Origin: Mobula hypostoma | Taxonomy: Eukaryota | Assembly (NCBI RefSeq): GCF_963921235.1 | Contig: NC_086097.1 | Span: 23,252,001-23,316,000 of the forward strand | Direction of reading: 5' to 3' | Length of the DNA: 64,000 nucleotides | Part shown: one piece after another, positions 1-12,250 of the stretch | Layout: every line of letters begins with the position of its first letter | Position numbering within the stretch: position 1 is the first letter of the stretch | The notes under the pieces: generated by a model | The model's input: only the letters and a program-made list of their open reading frames with translations | Databases searched by the model: none | What the model was told of the DNA's origin: nothing | Made by a program: the position numbers and the translations under genes

Positions 1-19
1 ATGTATATATGCCAACATA

Positions 20-595
20 CACAACACTGAGATTAATGTTCTTGTTGGCATTCTCAGTAAATCCATAGTAGAATAATACCATTATAGAGTCATTGAAAGA
101 CCGCACCAACATGGGTGATCAACCAGCGTGCAAAGGGCAACAAACATGCAAATACAAAAAGAAAGAAATAATAATAATAATAATAAATAAGTAAGCAATA
201 AAAATGGAGATTATGAGATGAAGAGGCCTTGTAAGTGAACCCATAGGTTGTAGGAACATTTCAATAATGGGGCAAGTGAAGTTAAGTGGTCCCCTTTAGT
301 TCAAGAACCTGATGGTTGAGGGGTAATAACTGTTCCTGAACATGGTGGTGTTAGTCCTGAGGCTCCTGTACCTTGTTCCTGATGGCAGCAGTGAGAAGAG
401 AGCATGGCCTCGATGATTGAGGTCCTTGATGATAGATGCTGCTTTTCTGCGACAGTGCACCATGTAGAGGTGGGGAAGGCTTTACCCGTGATGGACTTGG
501 CAGCATCCATTACTTTTTGTAGGATTTTCCATTCAAGGGCATTGGTGCTTCCATAGCAGGCTGTGATGTGGACAGTCAATATGCTCTCCACCTTG
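20..595 (-). mobile_element. Rex1/Babar-like LINE 3' fragment with AT-rich tail
   Basis: ORF 301..591(-) ESILT..ITACYG..LQKVMDAAKSITG matches the Rex1 post-RT region seen at 13428-13856 and 2000-2290. Confidence 0.75.
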
Positions 596-1324
596 CATTT
601 ATATCACCCTAGCCCAACATATGATAATTAACCCAAAATCTGCTGGCTCAGGAATGAGGATGCTACCAATCGAACCATAACACCAAGTTCTACCATGCAG
701 AAAAGTAGGAATTACGTGAGATATTTTTCTGTATTTTCCAGCCTTTTTGATGCCTTAGCAGCACATTTTTTATAATGTCTGACCCCATTTGGACTCTGCA
801 CAACAAGAAAAGATCTGCAGCTACATACAATCAGAATTTAGATTGGGAAGCAATTATGTATGTGCTGGTTTCAAGCTGAAACAGCTTCTCAGTATAAATT
901 AGCAATTTGTTGATAATGTGCTCCCTCTAAAGTATCCTGCTGATGCATGAACTGGGAATATAATGTATTAGAGTCTATTTGCACTGCAGTATTCCTCATG
1001 TTGGAGGTTAATGCTACACCCACTATCATCTACCATGGTTTGAAGCCAATATTGCCTTGTCCTGGTCTCCATATTAAGTTCATATATAAGATATATAAAA
1101 GGTGAATCCATACCCAGAAAGGCATTAAAATTAAATGTGGTATTTTTTTCTTTAGAAAAGAGAACATTTTGAAGTGATCTGAAAGACGTCTATAAGATGA
1201 TATTGAGGTTTGACAAAACTAACATGGAGAATATAGTGTACATTCAGTTGCAGCAGCCAAGACTACATGTTAGTTAATATTACTCGGGGGGAAAAAATTC
1301 CAAAATGGAAAACTATGCTAATGA

Positions 1325-2345
1325 AGAACAGCAATAACTACCTCAGGCTGCTGTTTACTGATTACAGCTCAGCATTCAACATCTTCATGCTCTCAATACT
1401 AATGAACAAGTTCAAAAACTTAGGCCTGTGTACCTCCCTCTGTAATTGCATCTTTGACTTCTTCGCCAGAAGACAACGGTCTGTGCAGATCAGAATAACA
1501 TTTTTTCCTTGCTGATAATCAACACTGCTGTACCTCAAGGATGTGTGCTCAGCCCACTGCTCTACTCTCCCTAAACCCACGACTATGTAGCTAAGCACAG
1601 CTCAAAAGTCATCTATAAATTTGCTGATGACACACCATTGTTGGCAGAAGGTGTTGCTACCAACAATAGTTATGTCATCATCAAATTTATAAATGGTGAT
1701 GAGGGGGCGTACAGGGATGCAATAGATCAACTGGTTGAGTGGTCTCATGACAAAGACTCTGCACTCAATGTCATTAAGACCAAGGAATTCATTGTGTGGA
1801 CTTTAAGAAGGGGAACATGTAACAAGGAATCAGCGGTAGAACTTGTGAGCAGTTTCAAGTGAACATCTCTGAAGATCTATCCTGGGCCCAACATATTGAT
1901 GCAGTTATGAAGGGATGACAGCAGCTATATCAGGAGTTAGAGGAGTTTTGGTAGGACTCCAACAACTCTGGCAAATTTCTACTAAGGTAATGTGAGTATT
2001 CTAACTGGTTGCATCACCATCTGATATGGAAGGGTCACTGCACAGAATCAGATAAAGCTGCAGCAAATTGCAAACTCAACCAGGTCCATCATGGACACGA
2101 GCTTTCCCAGCATTGAGGACATTTTCAAAAGACGATGCCTTAAGAAGGCAACATACCTCATTAAGGACCTCCATCCCCTAGGACATGCCCTCTTCTCATT
2201 CCTACCATCAAGGAAAGGATACAGGAGCTTGAAGATATATACTCCTTGCTTTAAGAACAACTCTTCCCCTCCGCTGTCAGATTTCTGAATGAACAATGAA
2301 CCCTACCTCAATTTTTTTTGTTCTCTTTTACACTACTTATTTAAT
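1325..2345 (+). mobile_element. Rex1/Babar-like LINE, decayed RT and 3' end
   Basis: RLLFTDYSSAFN, PQGCVLSPLLYS and YKFADDT motifs across frameshifts. Confidence 0.85.
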
Positions 2346-2351
2346 TTTTGA

Positions 2352-3605
2352 AACATAAGGCTGTAAGACATAGGAGCAGAATTAGGTCACTCAGCCCTTT
2401 GAGTCAGCTCTGCTAATCCACATGGCTGATTTATTCTGCCTCTCAACCCCATTTTACTGCCTTCTCTCCATCACCTTCCATTCACTTCTGCTTCCTGATG
2501 CTCTCATTTTGCTTTGGCATAGTGCTAGTGTCTTCCATAATGAAGACTGATGCAAAATACTTACTAAGTTTGTCTGCCATTTCTTTATCCACCATGACTA
2601 CCTCTCTAGTGTCACTTTCCAGCGGTTTGATATCCACTCTCGCCTCTCTTTTATTCTTTGTAGATCTGAAAAATCTTTTGGTATCTTCTTTTATATTATT
2701 GGCTAGCTTAACTTCATATTTCATCTTTTCATATGGATTTTGTAGTTGCCTTCTTTTTCAGTTCTTGTAGTTTTCAAAAGCTTCGCAAACGTCTAACTTC
2801 CCACAAATGTTTGCTATAATATATACTCTCTCTTCTGTTTAGATGCTGTCTTTGACTTCTGTTGTCAGCCACAGTTGCCTCATGCTCCCTTTTGAATAAT
2901 TCATCATCTTTGGGATGCATCTATCCTGCACTTTCCAATTTGCTCCCAGAAACTCTAGCCATTACTGTACCTCTGTCTCTTGGGGTCCAGTGCCAACTTG
3001 ATTTTCCCAATCTACCTGCATATTGAAATCCCTTTGACTATTGTAAGATTGTCCTTATTACATGCCTTTTCTATCTCCCATTGTAATTTATATCTCACAT
3101 CCCAGCTACTTTTTGGGGGCCTGTATATTACTCCCATCAGGGTCTTTTTACGCTTCCTGTTTCTTAACTCTACCCACAAGGTAGAGATATCCTCTGATCC
3201 TATGTCCCCTCTTTTTAAGGATTTGATTTCAATTTTTTCACAACAGAGCCAGCCCAAGCCCTCTGCCTACCTGCCTGTCCTTTTGATACGTTGAATCCTT
3301 GGATATTAAGCTCTGAACTATGACCTTCTTTCAGCTACGAATTGGTGATGCTGACAACATCATACCTGCCAATCTCCATCTGTGCTGCAGGATCATCTAC
3401 CAGATACCTGATTGCATATACTCCATGTATTCATCACCCTTTTTGATTTTGCCGTACGTTACACTTCCCACTAACTGTAATTTTACCCTATCACCTGTCT
3501 GTCCTTCCTCGCAGTCTCACTACACAATGCATCAATGTATACCAATGGCTCCATTCTCAGCCCCATCACTCCAGTTTCTATCCCCTTGCCAAATTAGTTT
3601 GAACT
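2352..3605 (-). mobile_element. CR1 LINE, internally deleted (endonuclease, linker, 3' tail)
   Basis: LWVELRNRKRKKTLMGVIYRPP (3012..3257), KLANNIKEDTKRFF (2482..2724); CR1 3' tail at about 2352-2470. Confidence 0.85.
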
Positions 3606-4094
3606 AATTATGTTTTAAGTAGAAAGTTACTTAATCATGAGGTTAAAATGATTTTTTCACTCTGCGGAGAGTGATAAACATCTGATTTATTGAATATGTT
3701 TCCACCATTTTCTTAAGGGGCAGTAGAACACTTTGGATAGTAGGCTTAGAAGGAATTAGGGTTTGTAGATTATGGGCATGCTATGTTAGTGCCAGAAAAA
3801 TAGCAACACTTACAGGCTGCTCCAGCACATTCCTTGTACTGATGCAAAACGACACATTTCACTGTACGTGTGACAATTAAAGCTAATCTTTATTTTATTC
3901 TCTCTTCTCTTCAGAAATTTGGCTGTGTTACGATGGTCCAAGTAGCATCTTTCTAGAAATTAGCAGGCATCTGTCTGGTTGCGTTAAAAGTGCAGAGCAT
4001 AGATAAATTCTTTGAAGACATGCCTCTGGGAAATTCAGTCCCAAGAGGCAATGCATGAAGAATATCAAGCAGTTTTGAGTATTTTTAATTTTTT

Positions 4095-4332
4095 TTAGAG
4101 ATACAGCATGGTAACAGGCTGTTCAAGTCCAACAAGTTCACACTACCCAGTTCCACTCATGTGACCAATTAATCGATATCTTTGGAATGTGGGAGGAAAC
4201 CAGAGCACCCAGAGGAAACCTGTATGGTCACATGGAGAACATACGAAGTCCTTATGGACTATGCTGGAATTGAACCTGCCTCACTGGCGCTGTATTAGCA
4301 TTACGCTAACCGCTTCTCTACTGTGCTGCCCC
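4095..4332 (-). mobile_element. tRNA-derived V-SINE (HE1-like)
   Basis: core ttggaatgtgggaggaaaccagagcacccagaggaaacc recurs in many copies in the window; tRNA-like head at about 4260-4330. Confidence 0.75.
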
Positions 4333-4569
4333 ATGGAGCAGGGATTGCAGTGGAGTTTTGGGTGGAGCAAGTGTGAAGTTAGGGATAAGAAGGAGCCAGA
4401 ATCAGAGTTTCTCAGTCGGGAGAAGGGAGGTAACTGATTGATCAGGGCATTTGTTATTGGGTCAAAGGTCAGCTATTAGGGATTAAAAGGGAATTAGGTC
4501 GTTTCTGATTATTAAGGTATCATTTAGGGATGGAGTTGAAAATTTGAAGACAGACTGTTAGGAGTCTAC

Positions 4570-7500
4570 AGCTTCTAACAAACCGTGATAAGGAGTTGAA
4601 ACTGGAACTGGATAAACTCCAGATCATTTAGGAAGCTGAGGGGGTGATAGATATGACATTTAGAGAGGTAGTTACACCCAAGGTGCAGGACACAGGAAAG
4701 TGGGTGACAGTCAGAAAGGGGAAAGGGGTTAAGGAGCCGGTGCAGAGTAACCCTGTAACCATCCCCCTCATCAACAGGTATATCACTTTGGATACTGTTG
4801 GGGGGGAATGACATAACAGAGGTGTTACGTGCCCCGTAATGGGTTAAAAGAACCAGCAGAAATGGAACACACCTGGAGTCTGGTTTTGCTATTAACTAAT
4901 TCTATTTTATTAATAACTACATAATACAGTAATATAAAACTAGAGAAATCGAACAGGTTAGCAGGGTTTATGCATATATAGGTGTGTAAATACAAAACCC
5001 AAACTTCTTCGAGCTTAGGTGGTAATTGATACAGTCTTACGATGGTAGGTAAACAAAATCAGTTCAGATGCATAGGTTAATTAATGCGAGATGTTTGTAA
5101 TTCAAAGGCAAATGTTGTGAGAAGGCAATTACGTCGATATTCCACCGATTCCACGATAGCATCACAAAATAACAATAGTAGTATGTTTTATCTCCGAAGT
5201 TGTTCCACTCCCCACACGAAATATCACCGACAGTGATCTTCAACAAATATCCTTTCAGCACAAGTGGTACCACACCCGAATTCAGCTATGGGACATCTCA
5301 AAGTGGTGGCCACAGGATACTCCAACAGAATCCATGTATGGATTATCACCAACAGTAGCTTATCACAAAGGGGACCCTCTTCAAGGGAACCACCACCCAG
5401 GCAAGGGTAGACACACCGGTAGATTCCACAAGGTTACCCCAAACACACAACGTGATAGCCACTTCTCCAGTTCCACGACATATGAAATAACTCCAACTGT
5501 GGTTTGCCACAGGGATGCCTTGCTTCAGTGAACTTCCACACCCAGACAGAGGGTAAATACACATGTGGTATTCACAAAGGTTTTCCCCTCACCAGAGAAC
5601 CCACTCCTGTGGATTAACTAAGTGACAATCACACTTTCGTAGTTGAATGGAAACAAACTCACCCTCACGGGCTACTTAGAGAGAGAGTCCAAACAGTAAT
5701 CTCTTTGTCACTAGGTTTCTTCTGTTTCAAACCCATCTCTCCTCTTTTCTCCTCCTGCAAACTTGTTCTAGTTGCAGAAAACTTGTGAGAGTCATTTATC
5801 AACACTCAGGATCGATCTCAACTCCTCCCTTTTGGGCTACTGAAAGTTTAAACCGGCGACCGACTCACTGGTGTCTTCCATTGACCGAATCCATCTCGAC
5901 TCTAACTGTGTGTGTCTATGTGTCCTTGTATATTCAAAACTAGCTGCAGAGAAACCATAACATCAATTGTCCATCAAATATCTCTCTCTCTGTCAGCTCA
6001 GTGTCCAAAAATCAGTCTCATTCTCCTGACGTTTTAAAGTGACAATCCACAGAAAATATGAACCCTAGGGGTACATAACAGAGGAAAGTCACAGTTGTCA
6101 GGTCTCTGGCACGGATTCTGTCCCTGTGACTCAGATAGGAAGGGGGATGAAGAGGCACACCATGATGATAGGAGTTTCATTAGTTAGGGGAATGGACAGG
6201 AGGTTCTGTGGGTGAAAGTGAGATTACCAAGTGGCATGTTGCCTCCCGGGTGCCAGGGTCGGGGATATCTCAGATTAAGTCCTCAGCATTCTTAAGTAGG
6301 AGGGAGAACAGCCAGAAGTCGTGGTCCATTTAGGTACCAATGACATTTTATAGGATGAGTGACAAAGTTCTGCTTAGGTAGTTCAGAGAGTTTGGTGCTA
6401 AGTTAAAGAGCAGGACTGCCAGGGTTGTGATCTCAGGATTGTTACCTATGCCACATGCTAGAACTAGGAAGATTATACAGTGGGGTTTAAACTAGATTTG
6501 CAGGGGGATGAGAACTAGAGTGCCAGAACAGTTAGTGGAGAGATTGTGGAGGCCGATGTTGGTAAGATCTCAGATAATGTTAGGAACCAAAAGGTTGAGT
6601 ACGGTGTGACAAAAATCAAAGAGGGTGAATACAGGACTGAAGGTGTTGTACATGAATACACCCAGTATATGGGATAAGGTAGATGAACCTGCAGCACAGT
6701 TGTAGATTTGCAGGTACGATGTTGAATCATGGCCGAAAGTTTATATCTGGGAGCTTAATGTCCAAAGATACACATTGTATCAAAGGATAGGCAGAAAGGC
6801 AGAGGGGCTGGCATTGCTCAGTTGGTAAAAAATGAAATCGAATCATTAGAAGGAGGTGATATAGGGTTGGAAGGTGTTGAATCATTGTGGATAGAGCTAA
6901 GGAACTGCAAAGGTAAAGACATCCTGATGGGAGTTGTATACAGACACCCAAACAGAAGTAAGGATGTGGCCTACAAATTACAACAGGAGACAGAAAATGC
7001 ATGCCAAAAGGACAATGTTACAATAGTTATGGGGGAATATAAGTTGTTGCTAGATTCCAGGAGGTGGAGTTTCTAGAGTGCCTATGAGATGGCTTTTTAG
7101 AGCAGCTCGTGGTTGAGCCCACGAGAGGATCAGCTATTCTGGATTGAGTGTTGTGCAGTGAACCAGAATTGATTAGAAAGCTTAAGATAAAAGAATTCTG
7201 AGGGGAAGTGATCATATGATCGAATTCACCCTGAAATATGAGAACAAGAAGCTAACGTCGGAAGTATCAGTATTACAGTGGATTAAAGGGAATTACAGAG
7301 CCATGAGAGAGGAGTTAGCCAGAATTGATTGGAAAAGGACACTGGCAGGAATGGCAGCAGAGCAACAATGGGTGGCATTTCTGAAAGCATTTCAGAAGGC
7401 ACAGAATATATACATCCCAAAGAAGTGGTATTCTAAAGGAATGATGACACAACTGTGGCAAATAAGGGAAGTCAAAGCCAACATAAAACCCAAAGAGAGG

Positions 7501-8340
7501 GCATATAATAGAGCAAAAATTAGTGGGAAGTTAGATGATTGGGAAGCTTTAAAATACCAACAGAAGGCAACTAAATAAGTCATCAAGAGTGTAAAGATGG
7601 AATATGAAAGTAAGCTAGCCAATAACATTGAAGAGGATACCAAAAGTTTCTTCAGATACAGTACATAAAGAGTGAAAGTGAGGCAAGAGTGGATATTGGA
7701 CCACTGGAAAACGATGCTGGAGAGGTAGTGTTAGGAGTCAATGAAATGGTGGACGAACTGAATAAGTATTTTGCATCAGACTTCGCTGTGGAAGACACAA
7801 ACAGTATGGTGGAAGCTCTGGGTGTCATGGGGCATAAAGTGTGTGAAGATATCATATCTAGACAGAAGGTTCTTGGGAAACTGAAAGGTCAGAAGGTAGA
7901 TAAGTTACCTGGACCAGGTGGTGTACACCCTAGAATTCTGAAAGTATGGTTGAAGAGATTGTGGAGGCATTAGTAATGATCTTTCAAGAATCATTAGATT
8001 GGGAATAGTACTGGAAGAATGGAAAATTGCAAATGTGTCTCCACTCTTCAAGAAGGGAAAGAAGCAGCAGAAAGGAAACTGTAGGTCAGTTAGTCTGACT
8101 TCAGTGGCTGGGAAAATGATGGAGTTGATTATTAAAGATGACGCCTCAAGGTACTTGGAGGCACAATAAAATAGATCGTGGTCAGCATGGTTTCCTCAAC
8201 CAACACGCATAAAAGTTGCTGGTTTCCTCAAATCTGTTTGCATTCTTTAAAGTAAGAGGCAGGATAGACAAAGGAAAATCGGTTGATATTGTGTACTTGG
8301 ATTTTCAGAAGGCCTTCGACAAGGTGCCACACATCCGGCT
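4570..8340 (+). mobile_element. CR1 LINE: ORF1 (esterase-like) and 5' half of ORF2, split by a solo LTR
   Basis: ORF1 VVVHLGTND at about 6318-6345; ORF2 LWIELRNCKGKDILMGVVYRHPN; YLDFQKAFDKVPH at about 8293-8335; many stops and frameshifts. Confidence 0.9.
4823..6080 (-). mobile_element. Solo LTR, 1258 bp (Gypsy- or ERV-type)
   Basis: TG...CA ends; 13-bp imperfect terminal inverted repeat tgttacgtgcccc/ggggtacataaca; 4-bp TSD gagg (4819-4822, 6081-6084); CR1 ORF1 resumes on both sides; minus-strand AATAAA near 4907. Confidence 0.85.
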
Positions 8341-8612
8341 TGTTATTTCTTCAAAGAATTCCAACAGATTTTTCAGGCAAGATTTTCACTAGAGGAAACC
8401 ATGCTGACAATGGCCTATTTTATCCTTTGCCTCCAAGTACCATGAAACCTCATCTTTTCTAATAGACTCCAACATCCTCCCAATCACCAATGGTCAGCTT
8501 AACTGGCCTATAGTTTCCCTTCTTCTTCCTCTCTCCCTTCTTGAAGAGTGGAGGGACATTTGTGATTTTCCAGTCTTCCTGAACCATACCATAATCCAGT
8601 GATTCTTGAAAG
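8340..8612 (-). mobile_element. CR1 RT fragment, inverted relative to the adjacent CR1
   Basis: reverse complement aligns with 7982-8260. Confidence 0.85.
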
Positions 8613-9051
8613 AGCTTTATGTCCTTCATTTGGTTCAAGATTGTTATCTCTTTATAAATTTTCGGGAGCCTCTGGGAATTAAAAATTAAAGTTCAGTGTT
8701 CTGTTGTGAACAAGACTAAAGAAAGACATTATCAAACATAACAAGTCACATTTCCTTCTATTTTCTTTGAAGATTTCTGTTAATATTAACAACAATGTTG
8801 GAGAGAGATAACAAGCTTGATTAGCGATAAAGAATTATTTTATTGGATTTCTGAATGGTCCATGAACTCTACCTCTTTTAGGTTCTATTTAGCTAGTTAT
8901 TTATAGCCTTTTACACAGCAATGAAGGTCCTCCATCTGTCTGTCCTTGGTCATCTTCTCTATTGTGCCCCAGGTGTGATTCACGGTCCTCATTTCTTCCT
9001 CTAGGGTACAGTGCCAAGTTGTCTTTGGTCTCTAACATTTCTTCCACCCTC

Positions 9052-10152
9052 CAGGTTGGTGCGGGATTCCAAGGGGGAATTTCTAGAATGCCAAGGAGAT
9101 GGCTTTTTAGAGCAGCTCATGGTTGAGCCCACTAGGGGATCAGCTATTCTGGGCTGGGCGTTGTGCGATGAACCAGAATTGATTAGAGAGCTTGAGGTAA
9201 AAGGACCCTTAGGATAATAATATAATCTAATTCACCCTAATATTTGAGAAGGAAAAGCTAAAGTCAGATGTATCTGTATTACACCTGCAAATTACAGAGG
9301 CATGAGAGAGGGGTTGACTAGAATTGATTGGAAAAAGAGCTCTGGCAGGGATGACGGCAGACCAGCAATGACTGGAATTTCTGAAAGCAATTCGTAAGGC
9401 ACAGGATATATACATCCCTAAGAGGAAGAAGTATTCTAAAGACAAGATGACACTACCATAGCCAACAAGGGAAGTCAATGCCAACGTAAAAGCAAAAGAG
9501 AGGGCATGTAATAGAGTAAACATCAGAGGGAAGCTATGGGATTGGGAAACTTTTAAATACCAAAAGAAGCAACTAAAAAAGTCATTGAAAAGGTAAAGAT
9601 GGAATATCAAATTAAGTTAGCCAGTAATATTGAAGAAAATACCAAAAGTTTCTTCAAATACATAAAGTGCAAAAGAGAGGCAAGAGTGCTTATTGGATGG
9701 CTGGAAAACGATGCTGGAGAGGTAGTAATGGGGGACAAGGAAATGTAGTATGAACTGAATAAGTATTTTGCATCAGTCTTCACTGTGAAGGACACTAATA
9801 GTATGGTGGAAGTTCAGGTGTCAGGGGTCATGAAGTATGTGAAGTTACCATTAGTAGAGAGAAGATTCTTGGGAACTTGAAAGGTCTGAAGGTAGATAAG
9901 TCACCTGGACCAGAAGGTGTACACCCTCAGATTTCTGTAAGAAGTGGCTGAAGAGATTATGGAGGCAATAGTAATGATCTTTCAAGAATCACAAGATATT
10001 GGAATGGTTCTGGAAGACTGGAAAATTGCAAATGTCACCCCACTCTTCAAGAAAAGAGAGAGGCAGAAGACAGGGAACTGCAAGCTGGTTAGTCTGACCT
10101 CACTGGTTGGGAAGATGTTGGAGTCAATTGTCAAGGATAAGGTCTCAGAGTA
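9052..10152 (+). mobile_element. CR1 ORF2 fragment
   Basis: DGFLEQLMVEPTRGSAIL; EDWKIANVTPLFKK; parallels 7045-8150. Confidence 0.9.
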
Positions 10153-10423
10153 GTTTGTTAAGCAGCCTCATGTGTGGCATCTTGTCACTGAGCCATACAC
10201 GAGTACCATGAATGCAGCCAAACAAAACAGCATTACTCTGGGCACCAAGAAGCAATACACAGTACTAACAGTCATACATAGCACCTGGCACACGAATGAA
10301 AGAAAAATGGGGGTTATGTAGGAGGTAAGGGTTAGATTGATCTTAGAGTAGGTTAAAAGGTTGGCACAACATCGTGGGCCAAAGAGTCTATACTGTGCTG
10401 TGGTGTTCCATGTTCTAGGTTAT

Positions 10424-10944
10424 TGTCAGGACGCTGGAGCAGGGATCCAATCGCAGACCCAGTACTGTGCACACAGCGATATTAATTGAGTAACAGATCT
10501 CGAAGTGCAAACAAAGTCGGCGTCAAAGTTCAGGCAGAGATCAAAACATCCAGAGAAATCCAGAAACCAGACTCGGGAAACAGGCAGAGTTGATATTTAG
10601 ATGGACAGGGTACAGATACAAATGCTGGAAAGGCTCAGGAAAATTCACTGGCACAATCTGGCCAGGAATAAGTGAAAACACAGGACGAAAATACACTGAG
10701 CAATAAACAGAGAGGCAGATGATAGGTGGAGCACAATGAGACAGAAGTGGCAGCAGAACAGGTAATGATGAGAAACAGGTGAGAGGCAGAGTACTCAGTA
10801 ATACAGGGGCTGGAGTAGAGCAGGAGCGGGGACAGGAGCACATGGGGCATGAAACCAAACAAGGTCACATGGCAATACAAAACCATAGACTGATGGCTGG
10901 GGGAAAACACTCAAAAAGACAAAGTTCAACTGGAGGTACTGACA
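10424..10944 (-). mobile_element. Solo LTR, 521 bp (Gypsy-like)
   Basis: tgtcag...ctgaca termini; 5-bp TSD gttat/gttac (10419-10423, 10945-10949); orientation is inferred. Confidence 0.8.
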
Positions 10945-11269
10945 GTTACGTTTTTGATTATACCTCTCAAATTGACTATACAAAGGCAGTGTGCCATATG
11001 GATGTGTGTTGCTAATTCATGATCCTTGCCACAGGGCATTTAAAAAATTAGGTCAGGAATAGGCAAGTTAGCCCATAATGCTTCCCTGCAGTTCAATGGT
11101 TCACTTATGACCAAACACAAATTTACCTGCCTTTGCCCCAAATTTCCTTGTACCTTTAGTTAGCAACAATCTGTAAATATCAAATATTAAAATTCCACCC
11201 ACCAGAAAGGTTTTTCTTTCCTAAAAAATTTAGTGAATTAAGATCATCCTTCCTTAAAGATGTATTCCT

Positions 11270-11560
11270 GGTGGTATTGGTTTATTGTTATTGTCACATG
11301 TACATACAGTGAAAAATTTATCTTACTGTTCACACAGATCAAATCATTATACAGTGCACTGAGCTTGAATGAAGTACAACAATAACAATGAAAAAAAAAT
11401 GCAGAAGTTACCAAAAAAAATGCAATACAGGTAAACAACACAGTGCAAGGTCATAATAAGGTAGATTGTACAACAGGTCTGTTCAAGCGACTGAAAACAG
11501 TGGGATAGAAGCTATCCTTGACCCTGGTGGTACGTGCTTTGAGGCTTTTGTATCTTCTGA
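11270..11560 (-). mobile_element. Rex1-type LINE 3' tail
   Basis: similar to 22495-22850; tttattgttattgtcacatgtac terminus. Confidence 0.65.
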
Positions 11561-12250
11561 TGTTTATTATGACAATTTAATGGAGTTAATGCTCATTATA
11601 ACCTTTTTTTAAAATTGCAGATTTATTTATTTTGTTCCATTTTAATAACCAGACTTCAGAAGGGGAACTTGAATATTCTATTCATACAGTGCCTATATAA
11701 AGTATTCACTCCCCTTAGGAGTGTTCATGTTTTATTGTTTTACTACTTTGAATCACAGTGGATTTAATTTGTGTTTTTTACACTGATCAACAGAAAAAGC
11801 CCCTTTTGTGTCAAAGCGAAAATGGATCTCCACAAAGTAAACTAAATCAACTACAAATATAAAACACAAAATAATTGATTGCATAATTACTCACCCCCTT
11901 CAAGTCAGTATTTAGTAGATGCACCTTTGGTAGCAATTACAGCCTTGAGTCTGTGTGGATAGGTCTCTATCAGATTTGCACATCTGGACACTGCATTTTT
12001 CCCTTTCTTCTTTACAAAACTGCTCAAACTATCAGATTGCATGGGGATCGTGAGTGAACGGCCCTTTTCAAGCCCAGCTACAAATTTTCAATTGGATTGA
12101 GGTCTATACTCTGACTTGGCCACTCCAGTACATTAACGTTGTTTTTAAGCCATTCGTGTGTAGTTTTGGCCTTATGCTTGGGGTCATTGTCTTGCTGGCA
12201 ATCAAATCTTCTCCCAAGTTCCAGTTCTCTTGCAGACCGCATCAGGTTTT

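Noticed and set aside
3895..4005. Acceptor-like tctcttctcttcag exon
   Set aside because: The pyrimidine tract is a SINE tail and the downstream frames close quickly.
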